The notes: generated by a model from the sequence alone, not told the origin. A stretch of DNA of 64,000 nucleotides from Candidatus Latescibacterota bacterium (GCA_965248435.1 OZ252100.1:5440001-5504000), one strand, 5' to 3'. Positions 42,550 through 51,939 are shown, numbered from the stretch's first letter. Numbers and translations: made by a program.

Positions 42550-45500
42550 ATGTCTCTAACCAAACAAGCCATCGAAAAAAACCGCGTCACCGCGGCCGCC
42601 CTCCTCGTCGTCGTCTTAGCCGGGATCAGCTCCTTTCAAAGCATGCCCCAAAACGAGGACCCGGGCTTCACCATCCGCGTGGCGCAGGTCCTCACCTTTT
42701 TTCCCGGTGCGAGTCCTGATCGCGTCGAACTGCTCGTCTCCGACAAACTCGAGAAGGTCATCCAGGAAATTCCACAGCTCGACTTCGTCACCAGCACCTC
42801 CCGGGACGGGGTGTCGATCGTATTGGTCAACATCCTGGAAAGCGAGCGAGAAATGCGTCCCATCTGGGACGATCTCCGGCGCAAGGTCGAGCGCGGAAGC
42901 CGGGAATTACCCGACGGCGTCATCGGACCCTTCGTCAACGACGAGTTCGGGGATGTCTTCGGAACGATCGTCTCGCTGACGGGCGAGGACTACACCTACG
43001 CAGAGCTGAAGGAAGTCGCCGACCAGGTTCGCAACGTCCTGCTCGAGATCTCGGACGCCGCCAAGGTCGAAATCAAGGGGATCCAGGATGAGCGGATTTT
43101 CGTTCAGTACAACAACGCGCGTCTGGCCGATCTGGAATTGTCCGCATTCCAGCTGAAGAACATTCTCTCCGCCCAGAACATCCTTCTCCCCGGCGGCGAC
43201 ATCAACACCGGCAAAGAGCGAATCATCCTCGAACCCTCCGGCAATTTCGAATCCGTCGAAGAGCTCCGAAGGACCGTCATCAATCTGCCTGGCCGGAACG
43301 ACCTCGTCTATCTCGAAGACATCGCAGAAGTCTACCGAGGCTACGTCGATCCCCCCACTGAGATCGTTCGTTCTTCTAACACGCCTGCACTCGTTCTTGG
43401 AATCTCGCTTCGGGAGGGCGGGAACCTCATCACGCTCGGCGAAGACGTCCAGCGCACGATCGGAAAACTCCAGGAACGCTACCCGATTGGTCTCGAATTC
43501 GACACCATCTACTTCCAACCTCAGATCGTTGAAAGGAAAGTCGACGAATTCGTCTCCAACCTGATCCAGGCAATGATCATTGTCATGGCCGTCATGCTCC
43601 TCAGCCTTGGCATCCGGACTGGACTGATCGTCTCGTCGCTCATCCCCATGACAATGGTCATGAGCCTGTGGGTCATGACCTTGTTCGACATCGGACTCGA
43701 TCAAATGTCCTTATCCGCGCTGATCATTGCGCTCGGGCTCCTGGTCGATAACGCGATCGTTATGTCCGAGTCCATCCTGGTCAGAATGTCGGAAGGCAAG
43801 GGGGCTGTCGAGTCCGCCGTCGAATCGGCCCAGGAATTGCGGATTCCGCTGCTCACTGCATCACTCACAACATCGGCTGCCTTCCTTCCGATCTACCTTG
43901 CCGAATCGACGGTAGGAGAATACACGGCGCCGTTGTTCCAGGTTGTGAGCATCGCGCTCCTGTGTTCGTGGATCCTCGCGCTTACGCTCATCCCGATGCT
44001 GAGCGTCCAGTTCATGCGTGTCAAGCCCGCTGCGAGTGAAAGCTTCAACACACGAGCTTACACAGTTTATCGCAACTTCCTCCAGAAATGCCTGAGTAAT
44101 CGAATCCTCACCGTCATCGCCACGATCGTCATCTTCTTCGTCGCCATGCAGGGCTTCAGCTTGATCCCCAGCGTCTTCTTCCCGGCCAAGGACCAGGCCA
44201 CCTTCACGGCAGAATTCGAGTTCCCCGTTGGATCGCCGATCGAACGCACCGAAGCGCTGGCAAAGGAGATCGACGCCTTCATCGAACAGGAGCTCATGGC
44301 TGGTCCGGATCGCCCCGAAGGCGTCTCCAACTGGGCGACTTTCATCGGCCAGGGTCCCCCAAAGTTCGCGCTTCCATTCAACTCCAGATCTGCGAGTCCC
44401 GAATACCTCATGATCCTCGCCAACACGACAACCTACGATGTCCTCTTTGATCAGATGGATCGCCTCGAGACCTACGTCAGCGAAAACTTTCCTGATGTCG
44501 ATCCAGACATCCGCAGTCTCCTCAACGGCCCCCCGGTCGCCGATCCAATTGAAATCCGAATCTCCGGTCAGGTGGAAGACCAGGTATTCTCGATCGTTGA
44601 CAACGTTAAAGCCGAACTGGCGAAAGTGGCAGGAACCAAAAACATCAGCGACAACTGGGGGGCTCGAACCAAGAAACTCGCAGTCAAAATCGACCAGCCT
44701 CGTGCCCGTCGCGCGGGACTCACGAGTCAGGACGTTGCCGTCTCTCTGCAGACAGGTCTGAGCGGATTCGAAACCACCCAGTATCGTGAGGAAGACGAAA
44801 TCATCCCAGTCACTCTCCGCTCTGTAGAAGCCGATCGGCGGGATATCGGCAAACTCGAAAGCCTTAACATTTTCTCGCAACGAACGGGCCGGACCGTGCC
44901 CCTCAAGCAGGTGGCAGACATCGAAGTCGTTTGGCAACCCTCCAAGATTCTCCGCCGTGACCGGCTGAAAACCGTCACCGTTGCCTCCGGCCTTCAGCCT
45001 GGTGTGAACGCGATCGCCGTCTTTCAGAGCATTCAGCCATGGCTCGACGCTCAAAGTGAGAACTGGCCCGTCGGTTACAAGTACGAGTTCGGCGGCGAAT
45101 ACGAAGCTTCCGTCGAAGGGAACGAATCGATCGGCGTCAAGGTCCCGGTCGCCGGACTCATCATCGTTCTCCTGCTCGTCGGACAGTTCAACTCATTGAG
45201 GCGCCCGCTGATCATCCTCCTCACCATTCCTCTGGGCCTCATCGGCGTGGTCATCGGCCTCATCGTCGCCCGGTCCTACATGGGCTTCGTCACCTTCCTC
45301 GGCGTCATCGCCCTGGCCGGTATCGTCATCAACAACGCGATCGTGCTGATCGATCGGATCAAGATTGAGATAGATGAGAACGGTCTTGCGCCGGCCCGCG
45401 CCGTGATTGAAGCGGCCCAGCGGAGGCTGCGACCCATCCTGCTTACGACGATGACGACCATCGGAGGCATGTTGCCACTCTGGTACGGCGGCGGTCCCAT

Positions 45501-45624
45501 GTTTGAACCCATGGCCATCGCCATCATCTTTGGACTGTTCTTCGCAACGGGGCTTACGCTGGTAGTCGTTCCGCTCCTGTACTCACTATTTTTCCGTGTG
45601 AGTTTCAAGGATTTCCGGTATTGA
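42550..45624 (+). CDS. RND efflux permease (AcrB/AcrD/AcrF family)
   Basis: ALGLLVDNAIV, GIVINNAIVLID, RLRPILLT; 1024 aa. Confidence 0.96.
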   Translation: MSLTKQAIEKNRVTAAALLVVVLAGISSFQSMPQNEDPGFTIRVAQVLTFFPGASPDRVELLVSDKLEKVIQEIPQLDFVTSTSRDGVSIVLVNILESEREMRPIWDDLRRKVERGSRELPDGVIGPFVNDEFGDVFGTIVSLTGEDYTYAELKEVADQVRNVLLEISDAAKVEIKGIQDERIFVQYNNARLADLELSAFQLKNILSAQNILLPGGDINTGKERIILEPSGNFESVEELRRTVINLPGRNDLVYLEDIAEVYRGYVDPPTEIVRSSNTPALVLGISLREGGNLITLGEDVQRTIGKLQERYPIGLEFDTIYFQPQIVERKVDEFVSNLIQAMIIVMAVMLLSLGIRTGLIVSSLIPMTMVMSLWVMTLFDIGLDQMSLSALIIALGLLVDNAIVMSESILVRMSEGKGAVESAVESAQELRIPLLTASLTTSAAFLPIYLAESTVGEYTAPLFQVVSIALLCSWILALTLIPMLSVQFMRVKPAASESFNTRAYTVYRNFLQKCLSNRILTVIATIVIFFVAMQGFSLIPSVFFPAKDQATFTAEFEFPVGSPIERTEALAKEIDAFIEQELMAGPDRPEGVSNWATFIGQGPPKFALPFNSRSASPEYLMILANTTTYDVLFDQMDRLETYVSENFPDVDPDIRSLLNGPPVADPIEIRISGQVEDQVFSIVDNVKAELAKVAGTKNISDNWGARTKKLAVKIDQPRARRAGLTSQDVAVSLQTGLSGFETTQYREEDEIIPVTLRSVEADRRDIGKLESLNIFSQRTGRTVPLKQVADIEVVWQPSKILRRDRLKTVTVASGLQPGVNAIAVFQSIQPWLDAQSENWPVGYKYEFGGEYEASVEGNESIGVKVPVAGLIIVLLLVGQFNSLRRPLIILLTIPLGLIGVVIGLIVARSYMGFVTFLGVIALAGIVINNAIVLIDRIKIEIDENGLAPARAVIEAAQRRLRPILLTTMTTIGGMLPLWYGGGPMFEPMAIAIIFGLFFATGLTLVVVPLLYSLFFRVSFKDFRY

Positions 45625-45740
45625 GGTTACGCACCGAATGCGGGAGTAGGCACGTGGGCGTCATTGCAACACACTCCAGCAATGTATTATGATGAGTTGA
45701 GATCTTCGAGAATTTCGTCCGTCACGAAGGAGGAGACAGA

Positions 45741-46256
45741 ATGAGAACGCTTATCATGCTGGTGCTTTCTGCCCTGTTCGTATCGCCGGCGGTTGCGGAC
45801 GACATGAACATGCCGCCCTACAAAGGCTCCGTTCCGTTCGAACGGCTCAAGGGGCTTGTCGGAAGGTGGGAAGGCTCTGACACGATGAACAAACACGGTG
45901 GAAAGTTCGTCGTAGAATACAAGCTGACCGCCGGCGAGAGTGCGATCATCGAAACCCATTTTCCGGGTACGCCCAAGGAGATGGTCTCGGTGTATCACGA
46001 CGAAGGTGGCAAGTGCGTGATGACCCACTACTGCATGCTTGGAAATCAACCGCGGATGAAGCTACAAACGGCTGGCGAAAAGCAGATGGCTTTCTTGTTG
46101 GTGGACGGCCGCGGGATCAGTTCTGCGACCGAGCCTCACATGCAGGCGGTGACAATATCCTTCGTGGATAAAGATAACCTAACTCAGGAATGGACGATGT
46201 TCGAAGGAGGGAAGGAGAAGGCTAAGAATACCATGAAGTTGACTCGGGTACGCTGA
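45741..46256 (+). CDS. Exported hypothetical protein with THYC..GNQPRM motif
   Basis: SD AAGGAGG, signal peptide ending AVA, beta-rich sequence; possible promoter TTGCAA-N18-TATGAT at 45664-45693. Confidence 0.85.
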   Translation: MRTLIMLVLSALFVSPAVADDMNMPPYKGSVPFERLKGLVGRWEGSDTMNKHGGKFVVEYKLTAGESAIIETHFPGTPKEMVSVYHDEGGKCVMTHYCMLGNQPRMKLQTAGEKQMAFLLVDGRGISSATEPHMQAVTISFVDKDNLTQEWTMFEGGKEKAKNTMKLTRVR

Positions 46257-46264
46257 CCAAGGAG

Positions 46265-49200
46265 TCAACCACACCAGTTCCTTGCGTTCTGAAACATCTT
46301 GAGCCAGGGAGAAGCCTGCAGATCGCGTTTCCAGTCCGATGGCATCCACGCCCACTGCCATTTGAGGAACGTCCTTTCAGGATGCGGCATCATGGCCAGG
46401 TGTCTGCCATCGGGTGAACAAAGCGCGGCAATGCCCGCCGGGGATCCGTTTGGGTTGGAGGGGTAGTTCTCAGCTATGGATCCGGTGTCGTCCACGTATC
46501 GGATGGGGGCGACACTCTGAGCCCTTATCCGGTCGAGGATCGCCGGGTCTGGGAAAAAGGCTCGTCCCTCACCGTGGGCGACCCATACTCCGAGCCGGGA
46601 GTTTTCCATGCCCCGCAGCATCATCGCGGGGCTTTCTTCTATCCTGACCGAAACAAATCTCGATTCGAAACGCCCCGAAGCGTTTTTGATGAACCGGGGC
46701 TGAATGGTATCAGAGACCCCTCTCCACGGAACCCAACCCAGGAGCGCCATCAACTGGCAGCCGTTGCAGACACCGAGGCTAAACGTGTCGGGGCGACAGT
46801 AAAAGGCCTCGAATTGACTCGATAGCCCTGCGTTGAAGCGGATTGTCCCTGACCAACCCTTTGCTGAATCGAGGACATCCGCGTAGCTGAACCCACCCAC
46901 AAACGCAATCCCCCGGAACCGTTCCAGATCAACTTTCTCGTCCAAGAGGTCAGACATCGTGACGTCCCAGGACTCGAATCCAGCGGCGTGAAATGCCGAT
47001 GCCATTTCCCGGTCGCCATTGCTGCCTTCTTCCCTCAAGATGGCGACCGGCGGTTTGGAGCGGCGATCCAGTATTGAAGGCGCGGTGGGTTCGGGGCTAA
47101 AAGACAGGGAAAACTCGAGTCCCGATCCCTTCCGTAATCTATTGCGTTCCTGATCCACACAACCAGGGTCGGCCTGAAGTCGATCGAGCCGGCTACTGGT
47201 CTCTTCCCACAGATCTCTCAGCTCTCCGACTTCCTCATCGAGAATCGGATTTCCGTTCTGGCTAATCCGCACTCTCCGACCGGTCGAAGTGGTTCCGATC
47301 CGCAGGCAGGGGACGCTTGCCTGCTCGAAGACCTGGCGAACGGCAGATTCGTGGTCTGATGAGACCTCAAGGACCAAACCCAGCTCCTCGGAAAAGAACA
47401 GGGCAAGGCTGTCTGCGGAGGATTCAAAGTCGACGTCGATCCCACAGTTGCCAGCGAATGCCATTTCGAGCAGGGTCGTGATCAGGCCGCCGTCGCTTCG
47501 GTCGTGACCGGAGGCAATCGACTCTGCTGCAATAAGTCGTTGAAGGCAATCAAAACTGCGCTTGAGAAGCTCAGGGTCCTCCAGATCGGGGCAGCCGTCT
47601 CCCAGCTGCCCGAAGACGTGGGCAAGAGCGGAACCGCCAAGCCTCTGCCTTCCCTGGCTCAAATCGATGTAGAGGAGGTGTCCCTGGCCTGGAAGTTTGA
47701 GATCAGGCGTAACGGTTTTCGTGATGTCGGGGGACGTGACGTATGCGGATATGACGAGCTCACCAGGCGCCTTCACAGATTCGTCCCCTCCGTTGCCGTC
47801 AGGGGCAAGTGCGGCCATGGAGAGACTGTCCTTCCCACCATCGATCGCAACGCCGAGTTGAATCAGCGTTTCACTCAAGGCCTTCGCGGCGTCGTAGAGG
47901 GCCGCGCCCTCGCCGGGTAACTTTGCAGCCCACATCCAATTCGCTGAACATTTGACGTCTTCCAACGAGGTCACTTGTGCCCAGGCCAGGTTGGTGAGCG
48001 CCTCCCCGACACTCATCCTTGCCATCGAGGCCGGATCGATCAGGCCGATGACAGGCCGCTCGCCTATAGCCGTTGCTGCGCCGGTTTGGGAAAAATGACT
48101 CTGAGCGATAACCGCCACGTCTGCCACGGTCAACTGCAACGGGCCGGTACATTGCTGTTGGGCAACGAGGCCGGTGACCGAACGGTCGACCTTGTTCGTG
48201 AGGAAGCGTTTAGACCCGACGGAGACCAGACGCAGCACCCTTTCGAGGGCCTCTCTGACCGTAAGCCCCTCCGGGAGTTGAAGCGGACGAAGAACCGGCG
48301 TGACCCTTTGGAGATGGAATGTTTTTTGAGGCATGTCCCCGAGTACGCTGCCCAGATCCAGGTCGACCGGCGTCGCGCCATCACGGTCGTCGTGGAGCAC
48401 GATTTTCCCATCGCCGGTAACGCGCCCCACGATGGCGTAGGGAGCCCCTTCCCGTTTGCAGATGCCCGCGAACAGGTCCGATGTCTCGGGCTTGATAAGG
48501 AGTGCGTCCTGTTCCTGGTATTCCGCTCCCCATATCTCGAGGATGGAGAGTGTCTCGTCGCCCACGGGGATGTCCCGCACCTCGATTATGGCGCCTTGAG
48601 GGTCGACAATCTCCTTCAGGACGTTGCAGTTTCCTCCGGCTCCCTGATCGTGAATGCTGACGATCGGATTCCGGTCACCAAGCTCTATACAGGCCCGAAT
48701 CGCCCGGTTGACCTTCTGCTCCATCTCGGCGTCGCCCCGTTGAACGGCGTTGAAATCGAGCTCGGCGACATTTTCTCCCTGAAACATGCTTGACGCGGCA
48801 CCGCCACCCATCCCGATCCTGTAGGCCGGTCCGCCAAGCTTGATCACGAGCATATCGGGCTCCGGAGCTCCTTTTTTCACGTGGCGAGCATCGATTTGCC
48901 CGATGCCCCCACTGAACATGATGGGCTTGATCCATTCTCTTCGCTCCCCGTTCGGCATCCTCAGGCCGAAAGACCGGGTATACCCCTGAATGACCGGCTC
49001 TCCGAATTTGTTGCCATAGTCGGACGCCCCGTTGCTGGCCTCGATTTCGATCTGCAGGGGTGAAGCCAGATTGGAGGGGTAGATAAACTCGGGGTCTTCC
49101 CACGGCAGGTCGTAATCGGGAATGCGAAGATTTCCTACGCAGTAGGCCGCTGTTCCTCCCACGACAAGCCCCCCTCTCCCCGCTGCGTGCACGTCTCGAA

Positions 49201-50176
49201 TCCTGCCGCCCGTTCCTGTTTCCGCGCCCGGAAAAGGTGCAACAGCGCAGGGGAAATTGTGGGTTTCGGCGGTAAAGATGATATGATATTCGAGGTTAGA
49301 CCGCACATAGGGGCCTGGTCCGCCGGGATCAGTGGGCAAAAGGGTGTCGATTTCGCAGCCCCGGATGGCGCTCGAGTTGTCTCTGAATGCGATCACGCTG
49401 TTGCCTGGATTGCGGCGAAGGGGTGCCTGGACCATGCCGATCAGGTTTTCGGGCACCGGCTGATCATCGATGACAAGCTGTCCCTTGAAGAACCAGTGGC
49501 GGGAATGTTCGCTGTTTGACTGCGCGATGTCGAAACACTCCACGTTTGTGGGATTCCGTGCCATGGTTTCGACAAAGAGATCGGTGTAGTACTCCAGATC
49601 CCACGCGTCAAACGCCAGGCCCATCTCTGTGTTTAGCCGCCTAAGGGCTGCTTTGCCTTGTTGAATCAGAGGCACTTCGCACACCGGATTCGGTTCGACC
49701 CCGGGGTCGAATGACTCCAGGGGTTCCAGATAGGTACACTCGGTCATGCGGTCGTGAACGAGATTGAGAAATTCATCTCTTTGCTTTTCATCAAAAGGGT
49801 TGCTGGATTTGATCAGATAGCGCCTCGATCGCTCGATCCGAGAAATTTTTCCCAGGCCGCACGCTTTGCAGATGGAGGCGGCGTTCGTCGACCATGCCGT
49901 CGTGAAGTTCATTCGGGGACCGACTTCGAGCAGGGTGCCCTTCCCGTCCAGAAGCGAGTTGGAGCCAAACCGATCAGGTGCGAAAGTCTCACTTAGCAGC
50001 CAACGGAGCGCCCTCATTTCATCTTCGCTGAGACCTTCGTAGGCCAACACGTTGAAGCAATATTCCGTCGCAAGGTCGCCTATCTCACCGGAGACGCGGC
50101 GCTTTGCTTTCTCGAGAAGATCCTCTCTCTCCGATGGAGAAAGTGCTGGAGCCCTGAAAAGATGGAATAGGATCAT
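46265..50176 (-). CDS. purL: Phosphoribosylformylglycinamidine synthase, large single-chain form
   Basis: QSNSEHSRH, ETHNFP, DGGKDS, GGFSYAD, LGVCNGCQ, MMPHPER; 1303 aa. Confidence 0.98.
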   Translation of the reverse strand: MILFHLFRAPALSPSEREDLLEKAKRRVSGEIGDLATEYCFNVLAYEGLSEDEMRALRWLLSETFAPDRFGSNSLLDGKGTLLEVGPRMNFTTAWSTNAASICKACGLGKISRIERSRRYLIKSSNPFDEKQRDEFLNLVHDRMTECTYLEPLESFDPGVEPNPVCEVPLIQQGKAALRRLNTEMGLAFDAWDLEYYTDLFVETMARNPTNVECFDIAQSNSEHSRHWFFKGQLVIDDQPVPENLIGMVQAPLRRNPGNSVIAFRDNSSAIRGCEIDTLLPTDPGGPGPYVRSNLEYHIIFTAETHNFPCAVAPFPGAETGTGGRIRDVHAAGRGGLVVGGTAAYCVGNLRIPDYDLPWEDPEFIYPSNLASPLQIEIEASNGASDYGNKFGEPVIQGYTRSFGLRMPNGERREWIKPIMFSGGIGQIDARHVKKGAPEPDMLVIKLGGPAYRIGMGGGAASSMFQGENVAELDFNAVQRGDAEMEQKVNRAIRACIELGDRNPIVSIHDQGAGGNCNVLKEIVDPQGAIIEVRDIPVGDETLSILEIWGAEYQEQDALLIKPETSDLFAGICKREGAPYAIVGRVTGDGKIVLHDDRDGATPVDLDLGSVLGDMPQKTFHLQRVTPVLRPLQLPEGLTVREALERVLRLVSVGSKRFLTNKVDRSVTGLVAQQQCTGPLQLTVADVAVIAQSHFSQTGAATAIGERPVIGLIDPASMARMSVGEALTNLAWAQVTSLEDVKCSANWMWAAKLPGEGAALYDAAKALSETLIQLGVAIDGGKDSLSMAALAPDGNGGDESVKAPGELVISAYVTSPDITKTVTPDLKLPGQGHLLYIDLSQGRQRLGGSALAHVFGQLGDGCPDLEDPELLKRSFDCLQRLIAAESIASGHDRSDGGLITTLLEMAFAGNCGIDVDFESSADSLALFFSEELGLVLEVSSDHESAVRQVFEQASVPCLRIGTTSTGRRVRISQNGNPILDEEVGELRDLWEETSSRLDRLQADPGCVDQERNRLRKGSGLEFSLSFSPEPTAPSILDRRSKPPVAILREEGSNGDREMASAFHAAGFESWDVTMSDLLDEKVDLERFRGIAFVGGFSYADVLDSAKGWSGTIRFNAGLSSQFEAFYCRPDTFSLGVCNGCQLMALLGWVPWRGVSDTIQPRFIKNASGRFESRFVSVRIEESPAMMLRGMENSRLGVWVAHGEGRAFFPDPAILDRIRAQSVAPIRYVDDTGSIAENYPSNPNGSPAGIAALCSPDGRHLAMMPHPERTFLKWQWAWMPSDWKRDLQASPWLKMFQNARNWCG

Positions 50177-50242
50177 CGTATTATATCGCTCTGATACTGG
50201 CGGTTCCTCTCAGCCGTAGACATGAATGTAGACCTCATTGAA

Positions 50243-50271
50243 AAACTATCAGTAGCATTACCATTTTGCAA
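50243..50271 (-). promoter_or_regulatory. sigma70-type promoter of purL
   Basis: TTGCAA-N17-TAGTTT with extended -10 TG and AT-rich upstream tract. Confidence 0.6.
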
Positions 50272-50371
50272 ATGTATTAATTTGATCATATGGATAAATT
50301 ATTATTATATATTGTTCTGGTTTTCTCGGTCGACCAGTTAATGCATTTCAGTCCAGAATACGTCTTGCTCA

Positions 50372-50559
50372 AGAGTCACGGGATTTAGACGGGCTGCGAG
50401 CGTCAAGGCGACCCCGGAAGCGCGACGTTGGTTTGAACTCGCGCAAGCGGTGTGGATTTGGGTAGGGTTAGGGAGGCAAAGTCAGCTATTCTGCAGGCGC
50501 GCGCATTGGATCCAGGCAACAATTTCAGGAGAGTAACCCGGTTTTCTGTAAGCAGTTAG
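50372..50559 (+). pseudogene. Frameshifted TPR-repeat gene remnant
   Basis: FRRAASVKATPEARRWFELAQA then frameshift at about 50450 to VDLGRVREAKSAILQARALDPGN. Confidence 0.55.
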
Positions 50560-50601
50560 GAAATTGTAAGCATCCAGGGGGGAGGAGTTTCCGGGCACAT
50601 C

Positions 50602-50630
50602 TTGACAACATACATTAATTTTCATAGGTT
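50602..50630 (+). promoter_or_regulatory. sigma70-type promoter P1 with no downstream ORF
   Basis: TTGACA-N17-TAGGTT, followed directly by TATAAT. Confidence 0.65.
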
Positions 50631-50636
50631 TATAAT

Positions 50637-50711
50637 ACGCGGGGCTCCGTGCCACCTCTGTTTATTTCCTCCCTCCCGATAAATGGAGCAAGTCACGTTG
50701 AGCCCCGTTTT
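50637..50711 (+). ncRNA. Candidate small RNA 1: long hairpin with C-rich (anti-SD-like) loop
   Basis: Stems CGGGGCTC/GAGCCCCG, CGTG/CACG, CTCTGTTTAT/ATAAATGGAG (2 GU); loop TCCTCCCTCCC; TTTT tail; promoter P1 upstream. Confidence 0.55.
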
Positions 50712-50714
50712 ATG

Positions 50715-50744
50715 TTGACAACATTCTGAATGAGTCTATACATT
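50715..50744 (+). promoter_or_regulatory. sigma70-type promoter P2
   Basis: TTGACA-N18-TACATT; first 10 nt (TTGACAACAT) identical to P1. Confidence 0.55.
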
Positions 50745-50750
50745 TGCCCC

Positions 50751-50809
50751 AGGTTCGTAAACGGCCTTCGAAGGTGATTCCCGGGAGGGAGTCTTCGAAG
50801 GCCGTTTTT
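50751..50809 (+). ncRNA. Candidate small RNA 2 and/or bidirectional terminator hairpin
   Basis: Perfect 15-bp stem AAACGGCCTTCGAAG/CTTCGAAGGCCGTTT, apical ATTCCC-GGGA-GGGAGT, T5 tail; 22 nt from the stop of the convergent gene. Confidence 0.45.
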
Positions 50810-50831
50810 GGTTCCGGCAAAATAGCTGTTG

Positions 50832-51890
50832 CTAGAACTTGAACGGTTTGTCGTGCACGGATTCATATTCTTGGCGCAGTCGAGCCAGTTTCTCATTCGG
50901 AAGCACGGTCCTCCGATTTAGCCCTCTGGCGTTTTCCGAGAGCTGCTGATGAATTTCTCTAAAGCGGGTGTACCCGTTCTTGATGTTTTCCAGTGTGATG
51001 ATGCCGTCGCCATCTGTATCAAAGAGCGCGTCAACAATCAAACGAATCGTGCGCGTCTCCATGGCATCGTATGTCCGCTGGAGAAGGCTGTGTTCATCCG
51101 CAATTTCGCGAAATCGATATCCGTGGATGTCGGTGAAACCCGTGGTGGCACTATAAACAAACCCGATTCGCTGCCTAAGTTCCTCCTGCATTTCTTGCTC
51201 GCCAAGCTGGTTTTCATTTCGGACGATCGGTCGGAAAACGTAGTTCAGCTCGAGCCCCAGTACCAATCGCGCGGGAAGAGAACCGTCCTCGTAAGCCTGG
51301 ACCTTTTTGATGGCTGTCTGCTTGAAGGCTCCGAGTTCCTCTAAAATGGACTGATAACCCACTTCCTGTATGAATGCGGTTATCCCGCTTTCGATTTGCA
51401 CCTGGTACTGTTCAAGGATGTCGATTGTCTGTTCATTCAGATCGAAGCGGCGTCCTTCGATAAAATAGTAGTCCTGCCTGTCAATTCCGTCCAGTCCGAC
51501 ATCCACGAATTCAATATACGTGGCCTTATAGTATCCCTCTGGCTTTGTTGTGTCAGGTTCGGCAGGAATGCGATAGCGCCGCGTACCCAGCCAATCTCCC
51601 GAATCTATCGTACGGTTGCCGTTGTCAAAGTAGCGAAGCAGATATCCAACGATCCCGGCTCTGACCTCCTGGGAAACGAACGTACTTCCTTCCCTTCTAT
51701 CTCTGTTGATGAGATAAAGTGCGATCTGTCCAAGCGTTTCGTCAATCCCAGCGCTGTTGCTGTACGAAAAAATACCCGATTGAGGGTCAACCTCACACCA
51801 TCCCTCTGTCGGCAAGCACCAGAGAAGAGGTATCAGACAGAGCGTTCTCGCCCAGTGAAGCGCTTGGTTAGATCGAGAAAGATGAATCAT
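50832..51890 (-). CDS. Exported hypothetical protein with EF-hand-like loop
   Basis: 352-aa ORF, SD GGAAGG upstream, signal-like N-terminus, DTDGDGIITLEN. Confidence 0.8.
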   Translation of the reverse strand: MIHLSRSNQALHWARTLCLIPLLWCLPTEGWCEVDPQSGIFSYSNSAGIDETLGQIALYLINRDRREGSTFVSQEVRAGIVGYLLRYFDNGNRTIDSGDWLGTRRYRIPAEPDTTKPEGYYKATYIEFVDVGLDGIDRQDYYFIEGRRFDLNEQTIDILEQYQVQIESGITAFIQEVGYQSILEELGAFKQTAIKKVQAYEDGSLPARLVLGLELNYVFRPIVRNENQLGEQEMQEELRQRIGFVYSATTGFTDIHGYRFREIADEHSLLQRTYDAMETRTIRLIVDALFDTDGDGIITLENIKNGYTRFREIHQQLSENARGLNRRTVLPNEKLARLRQEYESVHDKPFKF

Positions 51891-51939
51891 TCGGACCGCT
51901 TACCTTCCGATAGAGAGATTTCACGCCTTGATTCAATTC

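Noticed and set aside
50177-50245. Purine or ZMP riboswitch before purL
   Set aside because: The leader is about 60 nt and lacks the conserved cores; only a GTCTAC direct repeat is seen
50637-50711. Hairpin 1 as SRP RNA, tmRNA end or tRNA because it starts GGGGCT
   Set aside because: No SRP CAGG-GNRA-AGCA core, no T-arm or CCA end, and too short
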